Below the pieces are notes generated by a model that saw only the letters and a program-made list of their open reading frames with translations, ran no database searches and had not been told where the DNA came from. A DNA stretch of 64,000 bases from Minisyncoccota bacterium (GTDB taxonomy: Bacteria > Patescibacteriota > Minisyncoccia > UBA6257 > JAGOQP01): positions 6,136 to 70,135 of the forward strand of contig JBAZTS010000004.1 of the NCBI GenBank assembly GCA_041661795.1. Direction: 5' to 3'. Positions 16,991 to 26,311 of this stretch are shown here, piece by piece (within the stretch, counting starts at the first letter, position 1; every line of letters begins with the position of its first letter). The position numbers and the translations under genes are program-made.

Positions 16991-18448
16991 TTGATGACGA
17001 AAACAAGTATCCCTAAAGAAATTATAGAAATTGCTAAAAAGCTTGAGAAAGCTGATTTTGATGCGTACTTGGTTGGCGGATGTGTTAGGGATGTTTTACT
17101 AGGACGGGATCCCAAGGATTGGGACATTACTACAAGCGCTAAACCAGAACAAATACAAAAATTATTTCCAGACAGCGTTTATGAAAATAATTTTGGCACT
17201 GTGGGAGTAAAAACAAGATCTAAAAATGAAACTCTCAAAATTGTGGAAATAACCACATTCAGAAAAGATATTAGCTACAGTGACGGCAGGCATCCAGATA
17301 AAATCGTTTTTGCCAAAACTGTAGAAGAGGACTTAGCCCGTCGTGATTTTACGGTTAATGCCATGGCGCTATCGCTTAAGTCTAAGCTTGTTGATATATT
17401 TGGTGGCCAAATTGATTTATCTAATAAGCTTATAAAAGCCGTTGGAAGTCCTGATGACAGATTTGGAGAAGACGCCTTAAGGATGCTAAGAGCCGTCAGA
17501 TTTTCCGCGCAACTTGATTTTCAGATAGAACAAAAAACTTTGGATTCAATAATCAAAAATTCCCATCTCTTAAAAAACATATCCAAAGAAAGAATCAGAG
17601 ATGAATTTCAAAAAATGATAATGACTCCAAGAGCCGCCTGGGCCGTTCAGATTCTTTCCAATTTAAAACTTCTTAAATTTATTATTCCGGAACTTGAAGA
17701 GGGCATTAATGTGGGACAAAATAAACATCATATCTATACAGTTTGGGAACATAATTTAAGGGCCTTAGATTACGCGGTTTCAAAAAATTATTCTCTTGAA
17801 ATACGACTGGGGTCCTTGCTTCATGATGTTGGAAAACCCAGAAGTAAATCCGGAGATGGTCCCAATTCAACTTTTTATCAACACGAATATATAGGAGCGA
17901 CGATGACTAAAAAGATATTAGAGAACCTAAAATTTCCCAAAGATGTGATTAATGACGTGACTTTACTTGTAAGGTGTCATCTTTTTTACTACAACGTGGG
18001 AGAAGTGAGTGCTGCCGGTGTCAGGAGATTTATCTCAAGAGTTGGGGAAGAATACATAGACGACATTTTAAAAATCAGAGAAGCCGACAGAATTGGCTCT
18101 GGGGTCCCTAAGGCATTCCCTTATCGTTTGCGTCACTTAAAATTTATGATAGAGAAAGTAAAACATGATCCGGTTTCTCCCAAAAACTTGAAAATCAACG
18201 GCAATGATCTGATAAAAAAATTATCTTTAAAACCCGGTCCACGCATCGGTCATATATTAAATTCTCTTTTGGAAGAAATCATAGAGGATCCCAAGAAAAA
18301 CATTAAATCTAATTTGGAAAAGAGAGCCAAAGCGTTGAACAAACTTTCCGACAAAGAGCTGTTAAAACTTAGAGAAAAAGCCGAAAAAGTTAAAGAAGAA
18401 TTTGAAACCGGCATAGAAGCCGAAATGAAAAAGAAACATAAGGTTTAA
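16991..18448 (+). CDS. cca: CCA-adding enzyme / poly(A) polymerase family with HD domain
   Basis: Nucleotidyltransferase motif 'GGCVRD..LG' with DxD, tRNA-NT head and HD motif (LLHDVGKP). Confidence 0.85.
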   Translation: MMTKTSIPKEIIEIAKKLEKADFDAYLVGGCVRDVLLGRDPKDWDITTSAKPEQIQKLFPDSVYENNFGTVGVKTRSKNETLKIVEITTFRKDISYSDGRHPDKIVFAKTVEEDLARRDFTVNAMALSLKSKLVDIFGGQIDLSNKLIKAVGSPDDRFGEDALRMLRAVRFSAQLDFQIEQKTLDSIIKNSHLLKNISKERIRDEFQKMIMTPRAAWAVQILSNLKLLKFIIPELEEGINVGQNKHHIYTVWEHNLRALDYAVSKNYSLEIRLGSLLHDVGKPRSKSGDGPNSTFYQHEYIGATMTKKILENLKFPKDVINDVTLLVRCHLFYYNVGEVSAAGVRRFISRVGEEYIDDILKIREADRIGSGVPKAFPYRLRHLKFMIEKVKHDPVSPKNLKINGNDLIKKLSLKPGPRIGHILNSLLEEIIEDPKKNIKSNLEKRAKALNKLSDKELLKLREKAEKVKEEFETGIEAEMKKKHKV

Positions 18449-18452
18449 TCTA

Positions 18453-19265
18453 ATGATAGGATTTTTTGACTCGGGGCTTGGGGGATTGACCGTTTTAAAA
18501 GAGGCGGTTAAACTAATGCCTCAATATTCGTATGCTTATCTTGGCGACAATGCCAGAACTCCTTATGGATCCCACAGTCATGAAGTTATTTATAGATTTA
18601 CACGTCAAGGTGTTTCTTGTCTATTCAAAAAAGGAGCCGAGCTTGTTATTTTGGCTTGCAACACTACTTCGGCAGTGGCTCTAAGAAGAATTCAGCAGGA
18701 ATTTCTCCCAAAATATTTTCCCACCAAAAGAGTTTTGGGAATTATTATTCCTACTGCCGAAGAAATTGTTAATCTGACAAAAACTAAAGAAGTGGGAATT
18801 TTTGGAACCGAAGCAACTGTTTATTCTTTCTCTTATCCCAAAGAAATAACCAAGATTGATGACTCTATTAAAGTTCATCAACAAGCATGCCCGTTACTAG
18901 TTCCAATTATTGAAGCCGGAGAATTGGAATGGGAAGGATTAGAGTTGGCTGTTAAAAAATATATAAAGGAACTTTTTGGAAAAACGGAAAAAATTGATTC
19001 GGTTATTCTTGGTTGTACCCACTATTCTCTGATAGAGGGTATTTTCAGAAAAAATATTGATAAAAAAATTGAAATAATTTCGCAGGGTAAAATTATCGCC
19101 AAAAAATTGGAAAATTATTTATCTCGCCACCCGGAAATAGAGACAACCATAAAGAGGAGCGAGGAGAGAAAGTTTTTTAGCACGGAAAACTCTTTTAGAA
19201 CCAATAATTTATTTAAACTTTTTTGGGGTAGCACAGTTGAGGTTAGTAAAGTTAATTTGATTTAG
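18453..19265 (+). CDS. murI: Glutamate racemase
   Basis: MIGFFDSGLGGLTVL N-terminus; 'LACNTTSA' and 'GCTHYS' catalytic Cys motifs. Confidence 0.88.
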   Translation: MIGFFDSGLGGLTVLKEAVKLMPQYSYAYLGDNARTPYGSHSHEVIYRFTRQGVSCLFKKGAELVILACNTTSAVALRRIQQEFLPKYFPTKRVLGIIIPTAEEIVNLTKTKEVGIFGTEATVYSFSYPKEITKIDDSIKVHQQACPLLVPIIEAGELEWEGLELAVKKYIKELFGKTEKIDSVILGCTHYSLIEGIFRKNIDKKIEIISQGKIIAKKLENYLSRHPEIETTIKRSEERKFFSTENSFRTNNLFKLFWGSTVEVSKVNLI

Positions 19266-19422
19266 GTGTTTTTTGGTTATTCTACTGGAAATTGGAATTG
19301 TTTTCTGATACTCTTTTTGTAGGCATCTGTGTGGGTGCCAAAATGTGTCTTTTTTTGAATAAATAAGTCCGATACTTGCTATCGGAGTGACTTTTATAGC
19401 CCACACTTCGCCCAAGGGTTTT

Positions 19423-19493
19423 CGGGACGTAGTATACCGGTAGTACGTGCGCTTCGGGTGCGTAAAGACCGGGTTCGATTCCCGGCGTCCCGA
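19423..19493 (+). tRNA. tRNA, probably Pro (anticodon CGG). The anticodon-arm register is ambiguous; alternative registers give TCG (Arg) or TTC (Glu).
   Basis: Acceptor CGGGACG/CGTCCCG and T-arm CCGGG-TTCGATT-CCCGG are clear. The anticodon loop is read as TTCGGGT. Confidence 0.55.
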
Positions 19494-19515
19494 CGAACGA
19501 CAAAATCTTTTTAAA

Positions 19516-20538
19516 ATGAATTCCAAACATCCATTTTTCATAATTTTTCTTCTTTTGGTCTTTTTGGTTCTGGCTTTTTTTATAACTCTCCCTTATTTCA
19601 ACGCTATTTTTTTGGCATCGGCTTTGGCTATAGTTTTTTGGCCTATGCATAAAAGAATATTAAAATTTATTGGACTAAACGGAGTCGCCTCATTTTTGTC
19701 GGTTATGGTTGTTCTTCTTATTGTTCTTATTCCTTTATCCGGAATAGGAACTTTAATTTTTAAAGAAGCCAGCCAACTTTATTATTCTGTTTCACAAGGA
19801 GCTGAATTTACTCAGATAAATTCTTTTATTTCATATCTGGAAAAAGAATTAAATATTATCAGTCAAGGTTCAATACAAGCCGCCGATGTTCAAGAATATT
19901 TTTCAAAAGCTCTTTCTTGGATAGTCGGAAATTTGGGTTCTGTTTTTTCTGGACTGGCCGGAGGACTGGTTAGTTTTCTTTTTTCTATTTTCATTCTCTT
20001 CTATCTTTTTAAAGACGGAGACAAATTGAATAAGTTTATTTCAGACAACAGTCCTCTGGAAGAAAAATATACCGGAGCGTTGTTTGCCAGAATAAAAACA
20101 TCGGTATCCTCCGTTATTAAAGGTTCCTTGATTGTCGCTTTAGTGCAAGGAATTGTCAGTGGAATCGGATTTTGGATTTTTGGAGTTCCTAACCCGGCTC
20201 TTTGGGGAGGATTTGCCGCCGTGGCCGCTCTAGTGCCTACACTGGGAACGTCTTTAGTAATGCTTCCTATGATTTTATTTCTTTTGTTTACCGGTTCTAT
20301 TCCTAACGCTTTTGGGCTTCTATTATGGGGATTTTTGGCTGTTAGTTTTATAGATAATCTTTTGGGACCAAAACTAATGAGCAAAGGAGCCCATCTTCAT
20401 CCATTAGTAGTTCTTTTTGGAGTTTTAGGAGGTGTGGGAATATTTGGTCCGATTGGATTTATAATCGGTCCCGTTATCTTAAGTATTCTTTTTGCTCTTT
20501 TGGATATTTATGCGGAAATAGTCAAAACTAGCTCATAG
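19516..20538 (+). CDS. AI-2E family transporter (PerM/YhhT, UPF0118)
   Basis: Eight-TM topology and conserved AI-2E family pattern. Start taken at the internal Met after the tRNA. Confidence 0.7.
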   Translation: MNSKHPFFIIFLLLVFLVLAFFITLPYFNAIFLASALAIVFWPMHKRILKFIGLNGVASFLSVMVVLLIVLIPLSGIGTLIFKEASQLYYSVSQGAEFTQINSFISYLEKELNIISQGSIQAADVQEYFSKALSWIVGNLGSVFSGLAGGLVSFLFSIFILFYLFKDGDKLNKFISDNSPLEEKYTGALFARIKTSVSSVIKGSLIVALVQGIVSGIGFWIFGVPNPALWGGFAAVAALVPTLGTSLVMLPMILFLLFTGSIPNAFGLLLWGFLAVSFIDNLLGPKLMSKGAHLHPLVVLFGVLGGVGIFGPIGFIIGPVILSILFALLDIYAEIVKTSS

Positions 20539-20557
20539 AGAATAGCGTATAGCGCTT

Positions 20558-20881
20558 ATGATAAACTACGAACAATTTAAACAGGTTGATTTAAAAGTTG
20601 CCAAAGTTTTGTTGGCAGAGAGGGTTGAGGGGTCTGAAAAACTCATCAAACTTCAAATTTCTTTAGGCGAGGAAGAAAGGCAAATTATTGCCGGTATTGG
20701 ATTAAAATATCAGCCGGAAGATTTAGTTGGAAAGAATATAATTATTGTTGCCAATCTTGAATCGCGGATATTGATGGGTCTTGAAAGCCAAGGAATGCTT
20801 TTGGCTGCCTCTAACGAAAATGAGGGACCGATTCTCTTGACTATTATGGAAGACATTGCTTCTGGAAGCGAAATTAGATAA
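20558..20881 (+). CDS. tRNA-binding protein (CsaA/Trbp111-like EMAP/Myf domain)
   Basis: 'VDLKVAKVL..E.VEGSEKL.KLQI..GEE.RQI.AGI' is a typical OB-fold tRNA-binding domain. Confidence 0.75.
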   Translation: MINYEQFKQVDLKVAKVLLAERVEGSEKLIKLQISLGEEERQIIAGIGLKYQPEDLVGKNIIIVANLESRILMGLESQGMLLAASNENEGPILLTIMEDIASGSEIR

Positions 20882-20883
20882 AT

Positions 20884-21570
20884 ATGAAAATTACTATTTT
20901 TTCTGAAAAAAACACTGAAGAAATAAAATTATTTTTGGGAAACGGTTTTGAGTTTGTAGAAGAAAATCCAGAAATTGTTTTGGTGCAGGGCGGTGACGGA
21001 ATGCTTTTGAAATCAGAAATTGCTTTCCCAGAAATACCAAAGCTTCTTATTAAAGGTAGTCAAATTTGCAAACTTTGTTCTCCTATAGACAACGAAAAAA
21101 TATTGGAGAAATTTAAAAACAATTCCTATTCTATTGAGGAATTTATGAAACTGGAGGCAAGAGTTGAAGGAAAAGATTCTTTAATTGGTATAAACGACAT
21201 TACCGTTCACAATGCCGACGCAAGACACGCTATCAGATACAAAGTTTATATAAACCAAAAATCCGTTGTAAACGGGAACGAAATTATCGGAGATGGAATT
21301 GTTGTAGCCACTCCCTTGGGTTCCACTGGTTATTACCGAAGCATTACCGACAGTTTCTTTGAAGTAGGAATGGGATTGGCTTTTAACAACAGCACTGAGC
21401 AATCTGACCACATGGTTTTAAAAGAGAATGCGGTCATAGAATTAGAAATAACACGAGGCCCAGCTTTGGTTTACGCGGACAATAATCCTAACAGCATAAC
21501 TTTGGAAAACGGAGCAAAAGTTGTAGTATCAAAATCAGACAAGAAAGCCAAGATTATTAGGATAATATAA
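20884..21570 (+). CDS. nadK: NAD kinase
   Basis: 'GGDGM' ATP-NAD kinase motif and the 'ATP..GSTGY' C-terminal motif. Short N-terminus. Confidence 0.7.
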   Translation: MKITIFSEKNTEEIKLFLGNGFEFVEENPEIVLVQGGDGMLLKSEIAFPEIPKLLIKGSQICKLCSPIDNEKILEKFKNNSYSIEEFMKLEARVEGKDSLIGINDITVHNADARHAIRYKVYINQKSVVNGNEIIGDGIVVATPLGSTGYYRSITDSFFEVGMGLAFNNSTEQSDHMVLKENAVIELEITRGPALVYADNNPNSITLENGAKVVVSKSDKKAKIIRII

Positions 21571-21593
21571 GTCATTCGTCCCGCAGAATTTAC

Positions 21594-21667
21594 GGGGGTG
21601 TAGTTAAGTGGTATAACGGGTCATTCGCATTGACCAAGCCGGGGTTCGATTCCCCGCACCTCCACCA
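21594..21667 (+). tRNA. tRNA-Ala (anticodon CGC), CCA encoded
   Basis: GGGGGTG acceptor with G3:U70, anticodon loop TTCGCAT, T-loop TTCGATT, 3' ACCA. Confidence 0.75.
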
Positions 21668-21730
21668 AAGAACAAGTTAACAATTGTTAACCGTTGACAA
21701 GTCGGTTAACCAATATTATCCTTATAGAAT

Positions 21731-21985
21731 ATGGACAAAAAGATGTTTTCTACAAGCGAAGTTGCAAAACTTCTAGGAATTAGCCGGATAGCCGTGTTTA
21801 AAAAAGTTAAATCAGGTGAAATTAAAGCCCAGAGAATCGGCCGAAGTTTTGTTATAGATAAAAATGATCTTCCGTCTATTTTGGGAAAATCTCTAACCAA
21901 AAGCAAGAAACAGCTTATTGAAAGAGCTGTTAAAAAAACGGTTGATGAATATAGGGAAACATTAAAAATGTTAGGGCAAGAATGA
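21731..21985 (+). CDS. Excisionase-family HTH DNA-binding protein (putative antitoxin or regulator of the downstream Doc)
   Basis: HTH_17-like 'STSEVAKLLGISRIAVFKKVKSGEIKAQRIG'. Four-nt overlap with the Doc gene. Confidence 0.6.
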   Translation: MDKKMFSTSEVAKLLGISRIAVFKKVKSGEIKAQRIGRSFVIDKNDLPSILGKSLTKSKKQLIERAVKKTVDEYRETLKMLGQE

Positions 21986-22404
21986 AATCTTTAGACGTTA
22001 CTGAGGTTGAATACATTACTTATCGTCTGGCTAAGGAGTTGATGAAATGGAATGAGCCGATTCCGGATTTTAGCTCGCGTTTTTCCAATGTGCTTGAAAG
22101 TTGTTTGGCGGTTCCATTTCAATCTTTTGCTAAAAAAACTTTTTACAAAGGACTAGTTGAAAAATCAGCCATCCTTTTCTATTTAATGGTAAAGAATCAT
22201 CCATTCCAGAATGGTAATAAAAGAATTGCCATGGCGACTCTTTTATATTTTTTGTTTAAAAACAAAAAATGGCTTAAAGTTGACGAAAAAGAATTCTATA
22301 ACTTTGCCAGATGGATAGCGGAAAGTAATCCGAAGTTAAAAGAGGAGACAGTTAAAGCTATTCAAAAATTCCTAAAAACATATATTATTAATCTAAATAA
22401 TTAA
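21982..22404 (+). CDS. Doc/Fic-family toxin (death-on-curing)
   Basis: Fic/Doc motif 'HPFQNGNKR'. Confidence 0.75.
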   Translation: MKSLDVTEVEYITYRLAKELMKWNEPIPDFSSRFSNVLESCLAVPFQSFAKKTFYKGLVEKSAILFYLMVKNHPFQNGNKRIAMATLLYFLFKNKKWLKVDEKEFYNFARWIAESNPKLKEETVKAIQKFLKTYIINLNN

Positions 22405-22418
22405 CCAAATTTATAAAT

Positions 22419-22790
22419 ATGATATTTAGAAAACCAGAACAATTTGGTCAACAGGAAGAATCCCCAATTATTGAGCTACCGGATGATCAGGAATTAAGGC
22501 AAGTACTTGAAAATAAGCTGGCTGAATACAACGAGCGCCTCAAGAAAAATCCCTACCTTTCTCCAGAATCACCCGAGATATTGGACACCAAACATAAAAT
22601 TGCCGTCCTGGAAAAACTTCTTAAAGATGGGAGTGTTAACACCTATAATTTTTCCAAAGAGCTTTCCGAAGCTAGAGATTTTGTTTTTGATGCTAGTTTT
22701 TTTAACAATGCTTGTGCTGTTATAGAGGATTATGTAAAAACCGGCGGAAGACGGACTAGAGGAGGCACTGGCTTAAACAAATCAAACTAA
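22419..22790 (+). CDS. Hypothetical protein
   Basis: ORF with a ribosome-binding site context; no recognisable domain. Confidence 0.35.
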   Translation: MIFRKPEQFGQQEESPIIELPDDQELRQVLENKLAEYNERLKKNPYLSPESPEILDTKHKIAVLEKLLKDGSVNTYNFSKELSEARDFVFDASFFNNACAVIEDYVKTGGRRTRGGTGLNKSN

Positions 22791-22799
22791 AATATATCC

Positions 22800-23654
22800 A
22801 TGTCTAAAAATATTTTAATAATTATTCTGGCGGTTATTGTGGTGGGAGGAGGCGCCTATTTTATAATTAGTAATTTTTCCAATCCCTCAAACCAAGACCA
22901 AATCCAAAACCAAGCGGATGATTTTAACAAAATTGAAACTGCCGCTAAAAATTCGGCATATGTTATAGAAAGAGATTCTTTTGATTTACAGAACGGTTCT
23001 TCCAGTCAACCCTCGGGAACCGAGACAAAAGTTTTTAACGTGACATCTGGAGATATAAATCAGGACGGTAAAGCCGATGCTGTTGTTATTTTATTTCAAA
23101 ATTCTGGAGGAACCGGGACTTTCTTTTACGTTTCGGCTATAACAAATTCCAAAAATGCCTATCAACCGGCCGCTAATTCTGTATTTTTAGGTGACAGAAT
23201 TTCTCCTCAAACAGTTGAAATAAAGCAAGGACAAATAATCGTAAATTATGCCGATAGATATCCCTGGGAATCGTATGCGGCTACTCCAAGTGTCGGTAAA
23301 TCAAAATATCTCACATTTGAAAACGGACTTCTTAAAGAAAAAGAATTACCAAAACTTTCTTTAGATGAAGCCAGAAGATTGATTTTAGATAAATATTATA
23401 AGGATTGTTTACCTGTCGATTGTCCAACCAGTGTTAATGTTGATGTTTCGGATGGAGTTGATGGTGTTTGGTATGTTCAGGCGATTTTCAATGGTGTTAA
23501 AGATGATTCTGTTGATTCTCAAAAAAAGATTCATTCCGTTAATCTTGTTTCCGCTCCAAGTGAAACTTGGGCTTTGGGACAGGTATTAGTTAGTCAACAA
23601 AGATGTCAGCAAGGGAGAGGGCATCAGGAATTTTCAGAAGAACTGTGTTTATAG
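22800..23654 (+). CDS. Hypothetical membrane-anchored protein
   Basis: N-terminal TM anchor. The C-terminus extends into the GC-rich segment. Confidence 0.45.
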   Translation: MSKNILIIILAVIVVGGGAYFIISNFSNPSNQDQIQNQADDFNKIETAAKNSAYVIERDSFDLQNGSSSQPSGTETKVFNVTSGDINQDGKADAVVILFQNSGGTGTFFYVSAITNSKNAYQPAANSVFLGDRISPQTVEIKQGQIIVNYADRYPWESYAATPSVGKSKYLTFENGLLKEKELPKLSLDEARRLILDKYYKDCLPVDCPTSVNVDVSDGVDGVWYVQAIFNGVKDDSVDSQKKIHSVNLVSAPSETWALGQVLVSQQRCQQGRGHQEFSEELCL

Positions 23655-24576
23655 TGCTATCCCGGTTGACTTTTGTATGGTTCCGTAATAGTATAAAGAC
23701 AGCTCGTTTGAACTCAAAACGTGGAGTCCTGGGGGACACGCGACCGAAAACGGCTTGCGCTCCATCGGTGGCGCTATATAAAATAACCGATTCTGTGTCG
23801 TGTGGGCGAGGAAGTACACCTGCACACGACATGCCGCGGAGGTCGTAATCTCCGCTGGTCCGATTGACGGCACGTGTTGCCGTCGAAATAGTGGCTCTAT
23901 GCTACTGGAAGTTGTTACCACTCTTGTGGTAACGGAGGCGGTACCCACTCCGCTCTCCATTCCAAAAGGGGACGCCAAGCGCTCCCCGTAGGCATCGACG
24001 CCAGAAACAGATACATCGGATCGTGTAACACTTGATCAGTTCGCGTGCCCCCAGGCTCCCGTCAACACAGCACCACCCACCCCGCCCTCGAGGGTGGTTT
24101 CTTTTTATATAACTATATAACTTGACAAAATATTTAATGTATGATAACATGTGCACATGTGCAAACTGCAGATCCCGCACAACGACGGGATTGGTGCACG
24201 AGCACAGCATAGGGCGCAGGGATGAAGACCCTGTCTGCCTAAGCTAAGCTGTGCTCTTACCAAAGCAGGACCGCACGGGTCCAAAAAGAGCCCACCCAGA
24301 GTGGACTCAAGGGAACGAAGGCCTTGCCCGTTAGAGCCCAAATCAACTACAAGGGAACAACTCTGATTGACAATCGCTTTCCATCCCAAACCAAGAAGAG
24401 GATAGGCTTGAAGGTTTAATGTCATCTCAAACTCCTCACATTAGTGTTTACACTAATGTGACACAAAGTTTGACGAAGACAACCTCTCTCAAGCCACCTC
24501 AAAAATTTAAAGGTCGGCTACCTTTTCAAATAGCCACTGCACTCCTCGGTCTCTCTATGAGACCACTCGATCCTAA

Positions 24577-24606
24577 GGGACGCCCCGCGCGTCCCTTTCG
24601 CTTTTT
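24577..24606 (+). terminator. Rho-independent terminator (GGGACGC-CCCGC-GCGTCCC + TTTCGCTTTTT) closing the GC-rich non-coding island
   Basis: Perfect 7-bp GC stem followed by a U-run on the plus strand. Confidence 0.7.
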
Positions 24607-24651
24607 ATACAGTTTTGATTTTGTGGAGGCAAAGGAATAGAATTACAATAT

Positions 24652-25047
24652 ATGAACACATACAACTGGTATCAAACATTAATCAAACCCTCCTGGTCTC
24701 CGCCTTCATGGCTTTTCGGACCGGTTTGGACTTTTCTCTACGTTATTATCGCCGCTACCTTCGGCACGGTCTTCTACAAAGCTTTTACCGGAAAATTGCC
24801 CTGGCTTGTTGCCCTCCCCTTTATTCTCAATCTCATTTTTAATCTTGCTTTTACTCCTCTCCAGTTTGGACTTAAGAATAATTTTCTGGCGGCGGTTGAT
24901 ATTCTACTTGTTCTCGGGACTCTGGTTTGGGCATTAGTTGTTATTTATCCTTATGCCAAATGGATTACTTTTGCCAATCTTCCCTATCTTCTTTGGGTTT
25001 TATTTGCCACTGTTTTACAATTAACCATCACCTATCTAAACTGGTAG
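24652..25047 (+). CDS. tspO: TspO/MBR family tryptophan-rich sensory protein
   Basis: 'KPSWSPPSWLFGPVWTFLY' hallmark; five TM helices. Confidence 0.85.
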   Translation: MNTYNWYQTLIKPSWSPPSWLFGPVWTFLYVIIAATFGTVFYKAFTGKLPWLVALPFILNLIFNLAFTPLQFGLKNNFLAAVDILLVLGTLVWALVVIYPYAKWITFANLPYLLWVLFATVLQLTITYLNW

Positions 25048-25067
25048 GGAGATTATAAAATAAAAAT

Positions 25068-25376
25068 ATGGATCCAAAAGAAAACCTCAGGTCACCGGAA
25101 AAAATAAATCCTGTTATTGCTTCCAGTACGGAAGAGGCGAAAAGGATGAAGGAAGAAGGAGTTGATACGATCATCTTTAGACCCGATCAGTATGAAGTTA
25201 TTGTTTTTACTAAAAATCCAGATGTTGTGGAAAATATAATTGAAGGAAGTAATTGGAACTCTGGAGAAAACACTCCTGATGAGAAGGGATATTACGAATA
25301 TGTCTACACTCGACTTAATGAGAGTCAGTTGGTAGAACATTTAAAAGATCCATCAAAATTCCGAGGGGAGAATTAG
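25068..25376 (+). CDS. Hypothetical protein
   Basis: ORF only. Confidence 0.35.
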   Translation: MDPKENLRSPEKINPVIASSTEEAKRMKEEGVDTIIFRPDQYEVIVFTKNPDVVENIIEGSNWNSGENTPDEKGYYEYVYTRLNESQLVEHLKDPSKFRGEN

Positions 25377-25391
25377 TTTTGAAATAAAACC

Positions 25392-25805
25392 ATGGATTTT
25401 TTACCGATTATACCGGAATTTTATATATCTGATATCAAAAAAAGTTTAGAGTTCTATGTAGACGCTCTTGGGTTTAAAATTGAGTATAGGAGGGAAAATC
25501 CCAATTTCGTATTTTTGTCTTATCAGGGAAGTCAGCTAATGATTCAAGAATTGCGCGAAGGAGAGAAAGAAAGAGAAAAATTGGAATATCCATTTGGGAG
25601 GGGAATCAATTTTCAGATTAATACCGATAATATTTCCGCGATTGTTGATTCTTTGAAAAAACACAACTATCCTTTAAAAAAAGAGGCGGAGGATAATTGG
25701 TATAAAAAAGACGATACTGTGTATGGATGTCGAGAGGTATTAGTTTTAGATCCGGATGGCTATCTGCTTAGATTTTCAGAAAACATCGGACAAAAAGATA
25801 TTTAA
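25392..25805 (+). CDS. VOC-family (glyoxalase/bleomycin-resistance fold) protein
   Basis: 'FYVDALGFKIEY..' beta-alpha-beta-beta-beta module pattern. Confidence 0.65.
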   Translation: MDFLPIIPEFYISDIKKSLEFYVDALGFKIEYRRENPNFVFLSYQGSQLMIQELREGEKEREKLEYPFGRGINFQINTDNISAIVDSLKKHNYPLKKEAEDNWYKKDDTVYGCREVLVLDPDGYLLRFSENIGQKDI

Positions 25806-25809
25806 TCAA

Positions 25810-26265
25810 ATGGAAACTTGTATTTTTTGTAAAATAGTAAAAGGGGAAGTGCCGTGCCACAAGATTTGGGAGGATGAAAAGCACTTGGCTTTTTTGTCCA
25901 TATTTCCAAACACCGAGGGGTTCTCTGTGGTGATAACCAAAGAACATAATCCCAGTTACGCTTTTGATAATTCTGACGCAACTTTATCGGAACTGGTGCT
26001 GGCGGCCAAAAAGGTGGGAAAACTAATTGACCAAAAACTTCCTGACGTTGGCAGAACTGGAATGATTTTTGAAGGATTTGGAGTGGACCATTTACACGCT
26101 AAATTGTTTCCCATGCACGGAACTGAAAACATTAAAGAATGGAAACCGATAAAATCCAACGTGGATAAATACTTTGAAAAATACGAGGGATATATCTCCT
26201 CACATGATTATAAACGAGCCGATGACGAAAAACTGACCCAACTAGCCAAAAAGATAAGAGAGTAG
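25810..26265 (+). CDS. HIT-family (histidine triad) protein
   Basis: N-terminal 'CIFCKIVKGE.P...W.DE..LAFL' HIT-family pattern. Confidence 0.7.
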   Translation: METCIFCKIVKGEVPCHKIWEDEKHLAFLSIFPNTEGFSVVITKEHNPSYAFDNSDATLSELVLAAKKVGKLIDQKLPDVGRTGMIFEGFGVDHLHAKLFPMHGTENIKEWKPIKSNVDKYFEKYEGYISSHDYKRADDEKLTQLAKKIRE

Positions 26266-26311
26266 TAACCTGAGTATTATAAATCCCTCCCAAAATTTAA
26301 GTTGGGAAAAT

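Noticed and set aside
23650-24110. The minus strand of the GC-rich island begins GGGGTGGGTGGTGCTGTGTTGACGGGAG, reminiscent of a tmRNA 5' end
   Set aside because: A convincing tmRNA lies at 54839-55155 next to smpB, with tRNA-like ends, G3:U70 and a tag reading frame. The 23.6-kb region lacks a matching 3' T-arm/acceptor. I also found no RNase P conserved blocks (GGAAAGTCCGGGCTCC, ACAGAAACCCGGCTTA).
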